Assembly: GCF_008000775.2 (NCBI RefSeq)
Contig: NZ_CP042905.2
Location: 2,760,001-2,792,000 of the forward strand
Direction: 5' to 3'
Source: Promethearchaeum syntrophicum
Lineage (GTDB): Archaea; Asgardarchaeota; Lokiarchaeia; Sigyniarchaeales; Promethearchaeaceae
DNA length: 32,000 bases
Made by a program: the position numbers and the translations under genes. Shown here piece by piece: positions 1 through 9,936 of this stretch (positions are counted from its first letter, which is position 1; the number at the start of each line of letters is the position of its first letter). The notes beneath the pieces are model-generated. The model did no database searches and had not been told where the DNA came from. It saw nothing but the letters and a program-made list of their open reading frames with translations.

Positions 1-2883
1 TTTTTAAAAAAATATTTAAGAGATAGTCAATTCACAAGTTATTTTAAAGAAAATACATATACTGGAGATAGTATTAGACAATTACTTTCAGATGATATTC
101 AAAATAAAGTTGATTTAAAACTACAAAAAGAAAAAATAGTTAAAGAACTTGAATCAAAAAAAAAAAAAGATATCTTGGACTTAGAGAGAAAAAAAAAAAA
201 ACTTATTATTACTGAAAAAAAGAAGAAAGAAGAAATAAAAACATATTTTGAAGAAAAAGAAAAAAATTTTAAATCAATTATCGATGAATCTAAAGAAGAA
301 TCAGTCGAAAAATTAATAAATTCATACAAAAAAAAATCCAAACCATTTTATTGCTCTGAAGAATGGTGGGAAAGGCTAAATCTTGACGCAAATCCATTTC
401 CAGGAAATAACATTGGATTACAAGGAATTGATAAGTCCTTATATGAAGAAATTATAATTAAACTCCCTATATATGACAAATATACAAATATTATTGTTAA
501 TAATCGAAAAAATCTTTTTGGAAAATCTATTTTTCTTTATGCCGATTATGGTGGAGGTAAATCAACTTTTTTTGATTATTTAAATATTGAAATTTTAAAT
601 GCTGATATTTTACCAATTAAAATATTAATAGATCCAGATATTGATGCTTTCGATATAAAAAAAAATTTTCGAAAACGTTTATACTACAAAATTTCGAAGG
701 AATTTATTAAAAAATTTGGAGTTTTACCCGATAATGATTATAATATAGAAAATACAGTAAAAAAAATGCAACAACTTATTGATTCAACATTTTATTCTGG
801 ATTTGTTATCTTTATCGATGGAATTCACAAAACAACCAACCCCAAAGCATCTTTGGAATTTTTGAAGTTGCTTCAAAATACTATTGAATATTTTTTTGAT
901 GAAGATTTAAAAGTATGCTTAATCGTAGCAGGTAAAAAGGAATGGATAGATCAATTAAAGAAAGGTGGTGAATATTCAGGATCATTTACTATATTTGAAG
1001 AAATGCAAAATCCAAATCCAATACAAGCTTATGAAATGATATATAAAAGATTGAAAGCTTTTTCAAATTCTGAACTATCTTTTGAGAGATATATAAATGA
1101 AAATGATATAAAAAACTTAATTCAAATTATCAGAGAAGAATACAAAAGAAATATTACATTTAGAGATATTATCCAAGAATTCACAGAAAGAATTAAAACT
1201 GATAAACTGGGTCAAATAAAATTATATCTCCGTTTAAATGAAAATGATTTATTTAAAATTTTAGAAAGATTCAAGGTAAATGAAGAAATTTTTTCAAGTT
1301 TAAAAGAAATCTCTCCAAAAAACTACCCAAAAGAAATTTTAAATCTCTTAGGGATAATTGATCAAGAACAAGGGATTCACGAAAATTCAGATTGGTTTAA
1401 AGATAACATAGATTTATTTTCAATACTCTCTAAAAATAACTTAATAATGAAGAAATCTTCTTCTTCTTCGTTTAAATGGATTTTAAAGAAAAAATTTGGA
1501 AAATTGGTTAAAAATATTGAAGAAGATTATGGATACCAATTGAGGCATTATATAAATGATCTATTTACTCTTAGAAAACCGGATCATCAATCTTTTGAAA
1601 ACCAAGTGTTTGAAGAATTAGAAAAACTGAAAAAACTTGCCTATGCTATTGAGCCTTATAAATCTGATTTACTAAATACATACAATTATATAAATGAACC
1701 TTATATGAAGTTATTAAAAGCTTTAAAATATGAAACCTCCTATAAAAATGAAGGATATAAAGGAATTGTTGAACATTCAGAATTTATTTTAATGAGACTT
1801 CTTAATAATATTAAAAAAATAACAAACGAATACGTTTCCCCAGATATTACCCCTGATTTAATTCAAGATTTTAGTCAATCATGGTTATCTAACCAATATT
1901 TAACTGATTTCATTATAGAATTAAATGATCTTAAATCCAAACAGATTTTAATAAAATCTGAAAGAGAAAAATATCTTGTTTCATTTAAAAAATGCTTTAC
2001 TTCTTTAATCCGTTGCATTGAAACACAGAATGCTAGAAACTCAATTACAATAATTGGAAATTCATATTTATCTAATAATGATAAAAGAATTTTGGACGAA
2101 TGTCGAAGATTCTATTTAATCCAAGATTACACCAACACAATTAATATTTTGTGGAAATATTTTGAAGAAAAAACACGCTTGTTCATTTTCAATATCTATA
2201 CTATTCTATATGGACAAAAATGGCAGAGTATTATTGGAAAACCTATATTGGAAGATATTAGAAAACAAATGAATCAAGAAAAAAAAACAGGAATGGACTT
2301 ATCCTTAACAGAATTGAATATTTTATTTTTTGCTGATCGAAAGCATTATCAAGATATCATTAGTCCAAATTGGAAAACAGTTTTTGGATACATTTTTCGA
2401 TCGTTCAAAGACAAAAAAGAATTTAATATATTCATAGAAGATCTAAGAAATTTAGCAACAAAAGAAGTTCATAATCGTCCATATGAAATAATTCGACAAG
2501 AACACGAGAAATTAAGGACAGTTTTGACCAATTCTGTCAAATTTTTTAAAGATTTAAATAACTCCTACAACCTATTTTTAAAAGAAGAAAGCTTCCTTAG
2601 AGACGATAATAAAATTAGTTTTAGTTTACATAAATTCCTTGATAGTCAACATCTTACTCAATATATTTGCCAACCTAGCAATATTAATCAAGTAGAGAAA
2701 GAATTTAATAGATTGATAAAGAACAATCGAAAAATTGATATATCTTCCCAAGAAGATATTCAGAATATTTTAAACTGTGATTATAGAACATTTTTTGTGG
2801 TATTATTTTTAGGGGTTCAAAATAACCTTTGGACTTTTAAAATCTCACAGGGAACAATTCTTACTTTGAAAAACATTAAATAA
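1..2883 (+). CDS. Large P-loop (AAA+/STAND-like) ATPase, 5'-truncated by window edge
   Basis: ORF track starts at a TTG at 175, but frame 1 is open back to base 1 (FLKKYLRDSQFTSYFKENTYTGDSIRQLLSDDIQ...), so the true start is outside the window. Walker A-like YADYGGGKSTFFDYL, Walker B-like SGFVIFIDGIHKT, sensor-like LKVCLIVAGKKEW. Confidence 0.8.
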   Translation, partial: FLKKYLRDSQFTSYFKENTYTGDSIRQLLSDDIQNKVDLKLQKEKIVKELESKKKKDILDLERKKKKLIITEKKKKEEIKTYFEEKEKNFKSIIDESKEESVEKLINSYKKKSKPFYCSEEWWERLNLDANPFPGNNIGLQGIDKSLYEEIIIKLPIYDKYTNIIVNNRKNLFGKSIFLYADYGGGKSTFFDYLNIEILNADILPIKILIDPDIDAFDIKKNFRKRLYYKISKEFIKKFGVLPDNDYNIENTVKKMQQLIDSTFYSGFVIFIDGIHKTTNPKASLEFLKLLQNTIEYFFDEDLKVCLIVAGKKEWIDQLKKGGEYSGSFTIFEEMQNPNPIQAYEMIYKRLKAFSNSELSFERYINENDIKNLIQIIREEYKRNITFRDIIQEFTERIKTDKLGQIKLYLRLNENDLFKILERFKVNEEIFSSLKEISPKNYPKEILNLLGIIDQEQGIHENSDWFKDNIDLFSILSKNNLIMKKSSSSSFKWILKKKFGKLVKNIEEDYGYQLRHYINDLFTLRKPDHQSFENQVFEELEKLKKLAYAIEPYKSDLLNTYNYINEPYMKLLKALKYETSYKNEGYKGIVEHSEFILMRLLNNIKKITNEYVSPDITPDLIQDFSQSWLSNQYLTDFIIELNDLKSKQILIKSEREKYLVSFKKCFTSLIRCIETQNARNSITIIGNSYLSNNDKRILDECRRFYLIQDYTNTINILWKYFEEKTRLFIFNIYTILYGQKWQSIIGKPILEDIRKQMNQEKKTGMDLSLTELNILFFADRKHYQDIISPNWKTVFGYIFRSFKDKKEFNIFIEDLRNLATKEVHNRPYEIIRQEHEKLRTVLTNSVKFFKDLNNSYNLFLKEESFLRDDNKISFSLHKFLDSQHLTQYICQPSNINQVEKEFNRLIKNNRKIDISSQEDIQNILNCDYRTFFVVLFLGVQNNLWTFKISQGTILTLKNIK

Positions 2884-2905
2884 TTTTTTAAAATTTTTAG
2901 TTATT

Positions 2906-3982
2906 TCAAGTAATTCTTTTTCGATTAAAACTGATTTTTTTAAAGTAATTCAAACAATTTTGATAATGCAACTTCAATAACTGGTTGAAATTTGAAATAT
3001 GGAATTTTAGATCCTCAAAATCACCAAAGAAGCGATTTATAAACTCATTATCAAGATTTCGTTCTAAAACCCTACCTAAATATTCTTCATTGACAATAAA
3101 GTTCCTTTTTTTCCGATTGCACTCTTGACAAGCACCTACAATATTCCAAATTTTTGAATCAAAAAGATAATCATACGGTACAAAATGATCTGCCTCGGGA
3201 GTATTACTCATATCATCCCCGCAATAAAAACATCTGTTTTCCTGATAAGAATATAGCTTTTTTTTCTCAATTGCTGATATATTCCGCATTTTGGTGTACG
3301 TTCGATCAGCAATCATAAGCTTCTTCTGAAGATTCGGAATTAAATTCAGTGTTTCTAAAAAAATCGCCAAATTGGCTAAAATTGCACTTTCAAGTAAAGG
3401 TCTTTGTGTTTCTATAAAGTGAACTATGTTTTCTGGGATGCCAATATATTTGATATCGACCCAATGTTTTCCCAGGTCCTTAAGAACCCTATTAAATTCC
3501 ATCTCGTCCTTTAGATTCTGTTTAATATCTATAATATTTAAATTAACATCATAAAAATCATAGATATACATATCTTTTCGTAAGAGATAAATCACATTAC
3601 GAAAAAGTTGTTTCATTATTTGTTTTATACATCCATCTGGAATATTTTGGGGAATTTTCTCGCCTGAATCATTTGGAAAATATTCGTCAATTATCTCATA
3701 GAGTTTAACCGAACGATTTTTAGACCTCAATTGCTTCAGTTTGAATTTCTTATACAATACAAAATTAAACCTGAAAAAATATCGGGCTATCTGCTCTATA
3801 GAAATGAAATGAATCTGATTTTCTTTGTCAAGTTTGTGAAGTTTGGTAAGTTTACCTTTTTTTAGGTAGTATATAATAGATTTAAACAGAATGGGCTTAT
3901 AACTCGATGTAAGCGAACCACGGTGGAAAAACTTTGAAAACTCCTGTGCAATTTGCTGATAATCATAACTATTTATTTGCAT
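2906..3982 (-). CDS. HNH endonuclease domain protein
   Basis: C-terminal CFYCGDD...EADHFVPYDYLF...NIVGACQECNRKKRN (CxxC...DH...CxxCN, HNH with zinc ribbon). The ATG at 3982 overlaps the upstream stop as TAATG; the track start at 4009 is probably 9 codons too long. Confidence 0.88.
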   Translation of the reverse strand: MQINSYDYQQIAQEFSKFFHRGSLTSSYKPILFKSIIYYLKKGKLTKLHKLDKENQIHFISIEQIARYFFRFNFVLYKKFKLKQLRSKNRSVKLYEIIDEYFPNDSGEKIPQNIPDGCIKQIMKQLFRNVIYLLRKDMYIYDFYDVNLNIIDIKQNLKDEMEFNRVLKDLGKHWVDIKYIGIPENIVHFIETQRPLLESAILANLAIFLETLNLIPNLQKKLMIADRTYTKMRNISAIEKKKLYSYQENRCFYCGDDMSNTPEADHFVPYDYLFDSKIWNIVGACQECNRKKRNFIVNEEYLGRVLERNLDNEFINRFFGDFEDLKFHISNFNQLLKLHYQNCLNYFKKISFNRKRIT

Positions 3983-5163
3983 TATTTTAAATCTCCATTT
4001 ATTACCCATATGTCACATTTTGGGTCGTAATCTTCAAATTTTCCGCTAAAACTACTACTCGATCGATTATCACTGAATTTTATGGAACACAGAATTCCCA
4101 AATGCAGTAATTGGATTTTAAAAGCGAAATATATGTTTCGATTTAGATTTTTTTCAAGTATCTCTCTAGATTTTAATTTTTCGTAGTCTCCTTCCTGGTA
4201 ATATTTTCTAATTTCCTCAAAATCCATCTTCTTATTACAAAATATATTAATATACATAGTGGGGTATGATTTGATAACGACTTCTAAAATTTCATCCATT
4301 GAAATCTCAGTACGGTTAAAACTATATAGAATCTTCAGAAATTGCTGATATTCAATTTTTCGTTCATAGAGAGTTCTGATCATATAGGCTAATTCAGGTT
4401 CTTCATCGTATAGTTTTTTATTTCCCTTCAATGATTTCTTAATTTTAATCAATATCTTATTATTATATCCCATTTTTAAGAGAGATTTGCAAAATCCTTC
4501 ACCAAGGGGAGTAAGAGAAAAATTATTGTTTGCTTCTTGAAGAAGCCCTAAATACAGACATCCATTTATGACATGAGAATCTTTAAATAAATCAACACCC
4601 CAATCTCTGGTAATAATTGTTTGTAATGATGATTTTTCAATGGGATTTGATAAGGATGTATAGAATATGGGAGAAATATAATTCAATACCTGTGTTTTTC
4701 CGAGTTTAACTAATCTTATAGATGGCTTTTTTTCCGCAAGAAGAAGCTCTATAGTATTTGAGACATCATTTAAAAATATTGGAGCATAGGAAAATCGTGG
4801 CTCGATTTGTTCTATATTTCCAGATTCATCAACTAAAAATAGCCCCAATCCAATAGATTCAATTAAATCACGGTATCGTTTTAGCTTAAATCGTGCAGCT
4901 GCAATATAGGAATACATAACACCTTTTTTATAGATTAATGCTTGACCGATGGCTTTTTCAATGTTATCAATACCTTTTGCTTCTATTGCAAAAACTCGAT
5001 TATATTTATCGACACCAAAGATATCTGGAGCATGCCCATCGATATTTAAACGGAATTTATTGAAGGAAAGATGTTTCAATGTTGGATGTGTATCGATCCA
5101 AAAATGAGTGGTATTTTTCTTCAAATGATTGCAAACAGACTCGATTACAAATGGTTCGTTCAT
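3982..5163 (-). CDS. PD-(D/E)XK-fold nuclease-like protein, putative restriction endonuclease
   Basis: HAPDIFGVDKYNRVFAIEAKG matches PD-x(n)-ExK. Operonic with the C5 methyltransferase and HNH gene. Confidence 0.72.
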   Translation of the reverse strand: MNEPFVIESVCNHLKKNTTHFWIDTHPTLKHLSFNKFRLNIDGHAPDIFGVDKYNRVFAIEAKGIDNIEKAIGQALIYKKGVMYSYIAAARFKLKRYRDLIESIGLGLFLVDESGNIEQIEPRFSYAPIFLNDVSNTIELLLAEKKPSIRLVKLGKTQVLNYISPIFYTSLSNPIEKSSLQTIITRDWGVDLFKDSHVINGCLYLGLLQEANNNFSLTPLGEGFCKSLLKMGYNNKILIKIKKSLKGNKKLYDEEPELAYMIRTLYERKIEYQQFLKILYSFNRTEISMDEILEVVIKSYPTMYINIFCNKKMDFEEIRKYYQEGDYEKLKSREILEKNLNRNIYFAFKIQLLHLGILCSIKFSDNRSSSSFSGKFEDYDPKCDIWVINGDLK

Positions 5164-5323
5164 CTCTTATGATTACCTTATCACTTTTTGTTATAAATGC
5201 TTTTCTACTTTAGAATACTGTGCTATAGTAAACAAATAGTGTAAATGATAAAAAAAATTCCAGATCTTTATAAGGTTTTTACATGTTCAAAATTAAATAA
5301 TTTTAGAAGAACATACCGAACGA

Positions 5324-6592
5324 TTAATAAAAATCTTCAAAATGCCGATATTTCAGAATTTTTTTTGAGAAATATATTCTTTTCGTGGTAATTTTATCGA
5401 GTATTTCATATTTAATTAGTTTCCGAAACGATTTCTTAAAATCTAAATAATGCAAATTAAAATCTTTACATACGTTTTCTAAAGATTGAATAGGAATAAT
5501 TCCTGTTTTTGAAATATAATTTCCAATTAATAAGATTTTAAGTACTTGATATTCCAATTTGGAAAGATCATTAAACTTTTTGATTTTTCTTTCATAGATA
5601 TCTTTTTTCACAATGGAAAAATGTTTATATATCTCATTCCCGATTTGATTTATAACTGGTACAGATACAGTATTTCCTATTTGTTTGTATTGCTCTGTTT
5701 CCGAGATATTTTCTGGAAATGTAAAAGTACTTGGAAATCCTTGGACTTTTAAAAATTCATTTGGAGTTAATCGACGTATTAATTCTGAATTTCTCATTGA
5801 TGGTTTATATATACCAATTTTTTCCCATTTTATATTTTCTTTGCTTTCTTTTATTAAATTACGTTCTCTACCCATTCCTCCACATACAATAGTATTTGCA
5901 ATTCCGCTTTTAGGAATGACTTGAAAACCAAATCCATTTCCTTTTTCTTGATGTCTTTTTTTATGTTTTTTTAATCCGTTAAGATATCTTTGAGATAATA
6001 AATATTTTGAAGATATTTGTTTTTTTAAGCAGTTTTTGAGTTGGATTTCTCTTCTAACGGGTTCAGGAAAAGTAAAATCCGTATAATTTTTAAAACAAAC
6101 GATATAAAGTCTTTCTCTTTTTTGAGGTACGTTATAATTGGCAGAATTGAGAACCTTAAAAAAGACATAGTATTCAAGAAAATATTCAAGTTGGTTCAAA
6201 ATCCATAGAAATGTTCTTTTCTTATTATGGGTTTTTAGGAACTTTACGTTTTCAAAAAAAACAACTTCAGGTTTTTTGATATTTATAATATCAAATACTT
6301 TAAAAACCAACCTGCCTCTTTCGTCCAGAAATCCTTTACGTTTACCTGCAATGGAGAATGCTTGACATGGAAAACCAGCTAGCAAAATATCAAAATCTGG
6401 GATTTTTTTAGGTTTAATTTCTAATATATCTGTGTTTTCGGGTTCATGATTAAAATTATGAAAATAAGTTCTACGCGAATATTCGGATTTTTCACTAGCA
6501 TATATAATTTTTATATTCTCTCCGAAAGCTTGTTCGATTCCAAGCCGAATTCCTCCAATTCCCGCAAACAAATCAATCGCTTTTATAACCAT
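5324..6592 (-). CDS. DNA (cytosine-5)-methyltransferase
   Basis: Motif I AIDLFAGIGGIRLG, motif IV AGFPCQAFSIAGKRKG, motif VI ENVKFL, motif VIII QKRERLYIV, motif X IGNTVSVPVI. About 96 aa extra at the C-terminus. Confidence 0.97.
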   Translation of the reverse strand: MVIKAIDLFAGIGGIRLGIEQAFGENIKIIYASEKSEYSRRTYFHNFNHEPENTDILEIKPKKIPDFDILLAGFPCQAFSIAGKRKGFLDERGRLVFKVFDIINIKKPEVVFFENVKFLKTHNKKRTFLWILNQLEYFLEYYVFFKVLNSANYNVPQKRERLYIVCFKNYTDFTFPEPVRREIQLKNCLKKQISSKYLLSQRYLNGLKKHKKRHQEKGNGFGFQVIPKSGIANTIVCGGMGRERNLIKESKENIKWEKIGIYKPSMRNSELIRRLTPNEFLKVQGFPSTFTFPENISETEQYKQIGNTVSVPVINQIGNEIYKHFSIVKKDIYERKIKKFNDLSKLEYQVLKILLIGNYISKTGIIPIQSLENVCKDFNLHYLDFKKSFRKLIKYEILDKITTKRIYFSKKILKYRHFEDFY

Positions 6593-6626
6593 TATTTAAT
6601 CATTTACAATAATTTTATTTAATAAC

Positions 6627-7292
6627 CTATTGGTTTATATGATTCAGAAAATTGTAACAATTTTCTTTTAATTTACAAATGGAACAATGGGGATTTAAAG
6701 GTTTACATATAATTGCTCCAAAATCGATTAAAGAATAATTATATTTTTTAAAGTTTTTTTCCGGTAAAAGTCTTTCGGCTAAATTCCAAAATATCGGATC
6801 GTATTTATGATTTTTATTATCATTGGTTAAAAAGAAAAATCTTTTGAAAATTCTTATTATGTTGGAATCAACTAAGGGAAGCTTAATATTTTTACCAAAA
6901 CAGATTATTGCATGAGCCGAATATTTACCAATTCCTGATAATTTTAAAAAATCAGCAATTTTGAAGTCCCTGAAAGATTTCTCATTGTTTCTTATTGAGT
7001 TTATTGCATTTTTTAGAAATGTGGCCCTTTTTATTAATCCCAATTTCTTAAAAAAATCGGTAAAATCACCTTTATAAAGGAGTAATGCATTAATATTTGG
7101 GAAAATTTGAATGAATTTGTTATAAGACTCAATAATTTGAGATGCTTTTGTTCGTTGTAAAAAAAATTCGCTTATAAAAGCTTTATATACATTCGGATTA
7201 ATACGCCATGGAAATGATCTTAGATTATCAGAACCCCAATTGAGTATTTGTGTTGTAAAAAATATCTTATTAGATACACTTAAAATCATCAT
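6627..7292 (-). CDS. HhH-GPD base-excision glycosylase, MutY/MIG (T/G mismatch) type with 4Fe-4S cluster motif
   Basis: SEFFLQRTKA, HhH LSGIGKYSAHAI, catalytic Asp in LPLVDSNIIRIF, C-x6-C-x2-C-x5-C (CKPLNPHCSICKLKENC). Adjacent to the C5 MTase. Confidence 0.9.
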   Translation of the reverse strand: MMILSVSNKIFFTTQILNWGSDNLRSFPWRINPNVYKAFISEFFLQRTKASQIIESYNKFIQIFPNINALLLYKGDFTDFFKKLGLIKRATFLKNAINSIRNNEKSFRDFKIADFLKLSGIGKYSAHAIICFGKNIKLPLVDSNIIRIFKRFFFLTNDNKNHKYDPIFWNLAERLLPEKNFKKYNYSLIDFGAIICKPLNPHCSICKLKENCYNFLNHINQ

Positions 7293-7361
7293 TTTTCAAA
7301 ATAATAATCAATAATCAATAAAGGTTTTTAAGAATTAAACTAAAAATAATTATATAATAAA

Positions 7362-8372
7362 ATGCAAAAATTCCAAAATAGAATAATTATTGATCCCAAA
7401 TTTTTTTTGTCAATAGAAGAATTATCAAAAAAAAATATAGATCTTTCCAGCAATTTTGAAAAATTTCCACTATATTCTGGTGAATTCCTCAATGAAGGAA
7501 GTCTATCTTTTAATAGTATCGAAGTAAAAAATCTATCAGTAGAAAAAGGCCAAAAAATATCCAATGACTACATTATCGGAGCATATGATGAATCTATAAA
7601 TAAATATAATGGATTGGCAGGAAATGCGTATTTAATATCTCATACATATGTATATATTGGAAACAAAGACTACATCCCAGCAATTTATTTAAGTTTTTTT
7701 TTCTTTTCAAGATCCAAAGAAATAGCAGTGAACAATACTAACTTGATATATTCAAAAGATTTGGAAAGTGAAGCAAGGAAGTTAATGCATATTCAAATGT
7801 TGGAGTTTTTAAAGGAAAATTCAATAAAAAATAGTATATTATTGATAGACGGCCCAATTTTCACGGGTTCATTATCTACCAAAACGATCGATTTTAACGA
7901 ATATATGGTTGAAAAAAATATTCTACCAATCTATATTGTAAAAAATAGTATAAGCAATCTAGTAAGTGATAATGTTTTTTCATTAAAAAATAAATATAAT
8001 AGCGATATGCATTGGGCATATAAATTTTTGAAACCAGGTCAAAGATCGAATTTTTTCATTTATGAGGAAAAAAAAAGCAAGAGAAGAACAAAAGTATTTT
8101 GTTATCTAAAAACTTTTGATATTAGTCCAGTCAGAATTGAAGTTTACAAAAACATTTATTTAGGAAAACAAGAATTAGTTGAAAATCTTATGCATCTGAT
8201 TTATTTTCTCATTATAGTTCAAGGAGAAAAACAAAATCCCCAACCCAGACCTATTATAATAGCGGAAAGGTTTTCAAGAGAAAGTATTAAATTATTCAAT
8301 TTAAATAAACTAATGAGGAAAATAGGTATAGAAGGAATTATGAATCAAAATAGAAATATGGTGAATTTTTAA
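7362..8372 (+). CDS. nurA: NurA-domain nuclease
   Basis: GAYDESINKYNGLAGNAYLISH, SILLIDGPIFTGS, ARKLMHIQMLEFL. Immediately upstream of (2-nt gap) and co-directional with the HerA-like gene. Confidence 0.87.
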   Translation: MQKFQNRIIIDPKFFLSIEELSKKNIDLSSNFEKFPLYSGEFLNEGSLSFNSIEVKNLSVEKGQKISNDYIIGAYDESINKYNGLAGNAYLISHTYVYIGNKDYIPAIYLSFFFFSRSKEIAVNNTNLIYSKDLESEARKLMHIQMLEFLKENSIKNSILLIDGPIFTGSLSTKTIDFNEYMVEKNILPIYIVKNSISNLVSDNVFSLKNKYNSDMHWAYKFLKPGQRSNFFIYEEKKSKRRTKVFCYLKTFDISPVRIEVYKNIYLGKQELVENLMHLIYFLIIVQGEKQNPQPRPIIIAERFSRESIKLFNLNKLMRKIGIEGIMNQNRNMVNF

Positions 8373-8374
8373 AA

Positions 8375-9916
8375 ATGAGTTGGATCGTTTTAGGGGAAGA
8401 TAAGGGAGAAATTAGTCTTGTATCTTCAAGGGAAATTGATGGTATTGCACCGAAAGGAACTTATCTCACAGTAGAAAATGAGAAGAAAAAATATATTGTT
8501 AGAGTCACGAAAAGCTTTCAGACTCAACCATACAATCCTTCACCCTTGTTGATAGATATGAATTTAGAGGGTTTAGAAGCGGATAAAAAATGTCAAAATA
8601 TAATTAAAGCAGTCAGAATTAAAGATATTTCCGATAGAGATGATGGATTAATTGATTTTATACGCCCTCAATTAAAAGCCAGAAGGTCTACAGTTCAAGA
8701 AGTAAAAGATGCGGTAAAAGATAAGAAAGACGGTATCCCAATATTTTTATCTACGGTATTTGCAAATTCCATTCAAATTTTAAAGGACAACAATAAAAAT
8801 CCGATACATATTAATTTGCATGATGACATTTTTTTTCATCAAATACTGATATGTGGAAAAACTGGAAGGGGAAAAACGGTGGCTTCGAAATATTTAGCAC
8901 AATTTTTTGTGGAAAAAATAAAAGGTGCGGTTTTAGCAGTTAATGTAAAAGAAACAGATTTAATTAAGATGTATAAGAAATCTGAAACAAAGGATGCTTC
9001 GATTTTAAAGGAATGGGATGCTATTGGAGAATCAGCTCATGGAATGTTTAATTTTCAAGTGTATTATCCTTCGAATACATCATATTCCCCCGATTTGGAC
9101 ATAGATAGAACATATTTTAAACCAATAACATTGAATATTAATGAAATCGACCCTGAATCTTTAAAAGGGATTTTAAATAACATTACAGATATTGCTGCTC
9201 ATCACCTTCCTGATATTTTTAGACATTGGAAGGATTTTCAAACTTCTGACGATTATAAATTTATGGACTTTTATAATTATTTTTCAAGAAATGATAATCG
9301 AGAATTCCCAACTTTAAATTTAAGAGGGGATGAAGCCCAAATTAAATTACCTTATGGGACCTATCAAAATATTTTGAGAAATTTAAATTCCGCTGCAGAA
9401 TTCTTCGATGATCCTGATGGTGAATTTATAACCGAAAATAATATTCTAAACAGAGAAACAATGAGTGTTATTGATGTGGCAAATAAAAATGGGATTAATT
9501 TCGGAGCGATTTTATTACGGGACTTATTAAAAAGAATAGAAAAAGCAAAAACTGAAGGAAAATCGAATGTACCAATTTTGATAATCATAGATGAAGTACA
9601 TCAATTTTATAAAAATGCAAATTCTGCTGAAGCTTTAGGAGATCTTGATGTTATATGTAGAACAGGGAGAAGCAAGAAAATTGGTGTAATTTTTTCATCT
9701 CAAAATCCTAATGATATTCCAAAAGGATTGGAATCGGTCATTAACACTAAAATTTTCTTCGGATCGGAACACTCAGTTATTAAAAAATTCGGTTTTAATG
9801 TTTCTGAGAATGAAATAGAAAATTTGGAAAGAGGATATGCTCTAGCTACGATTTATGGTACACCTCAGGTTAAATTTATAAAATTCCCTCTTTCTTTTTC
9901 AGGTGTTTTCACATAG
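8375..9916 (+). CDS. herA: HerA-family (FtsK/HerA superfamily) DNA translocase ATPase
   Basis: N-terminal HAS-barrel-like region, Walker A ICGKTGRGKTVASKYLAQFF, Walker B ILIIIDEVHQFY, C-terminal GRSKKIGVIFSSQNPNDIPKGLESVINTKIFFG. Confidence 0.93.
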   Translation: MSWIVLGEDKGEISLVSSREIDGIAPKGTYLTVENEKKKYIVRVTKSFQTQPYNPSPLLIDMNLEGLEADKKCQNIIKAVRIKDISDRDDGLIDFIRPQLKARRSTVQEVKDAVKDKKDGIPIFLSTVFANSIQILKDNNKNPIHINLHDDIFFHQILICGKTGRGKTVASKYLAQFFVEKIKGAVLAVNVKETDLIKMYKKSETKDASILKEWDAIGESAHGMFNFQVYYPSNTSYSPDLDIDRTYFKPITLNINEIDPESLKGILNNITDIAAHHLPDIFRHWKDFQTSDDYKFMDFYNYFSRNDNREFPTLNLRGDEAQIKLPYGTYQNILRNLNSAAEFFDDPDGEFITENNILNRETMSVIDVANKNGINFGAILLRDLLKRIEKAKTEGKSNVPILIIIDEVHQFYKNANSAEALGDLDVICRTGRSKKIGVIFSSQNPNDIPKGLESVINTKIFFGSEHSVIKKFGFNVSENEIENLERGYALATIYGTPQVKFIKFPLSFSGVFT

Positions 9917-9936
9917 TAAATAATGGGGTTTAAAAA

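Noticed and set aside
99-341. Minus-strand ORF rich in Phe/Ser (MDFFLYEFINFSTDSSLDSS...)
   Set aside because: Antisense to the lysine/glutamate-rich coding frame of the 1-2883 ATPase gene; composition is the expected shadow of AAA/GAA codons.
5546-5924. Plus-strand ORFs at 5546-5752 and 5685-5924
   Set aside because: Lie antisense within the well-supported C5 methyltransferase; no domain-like sequence.
7340-9588. Minus-strand ORFs 7340-7564 and 9364-9588
   Set aside because: Antisense shadows inside the NurA and HerA genes.
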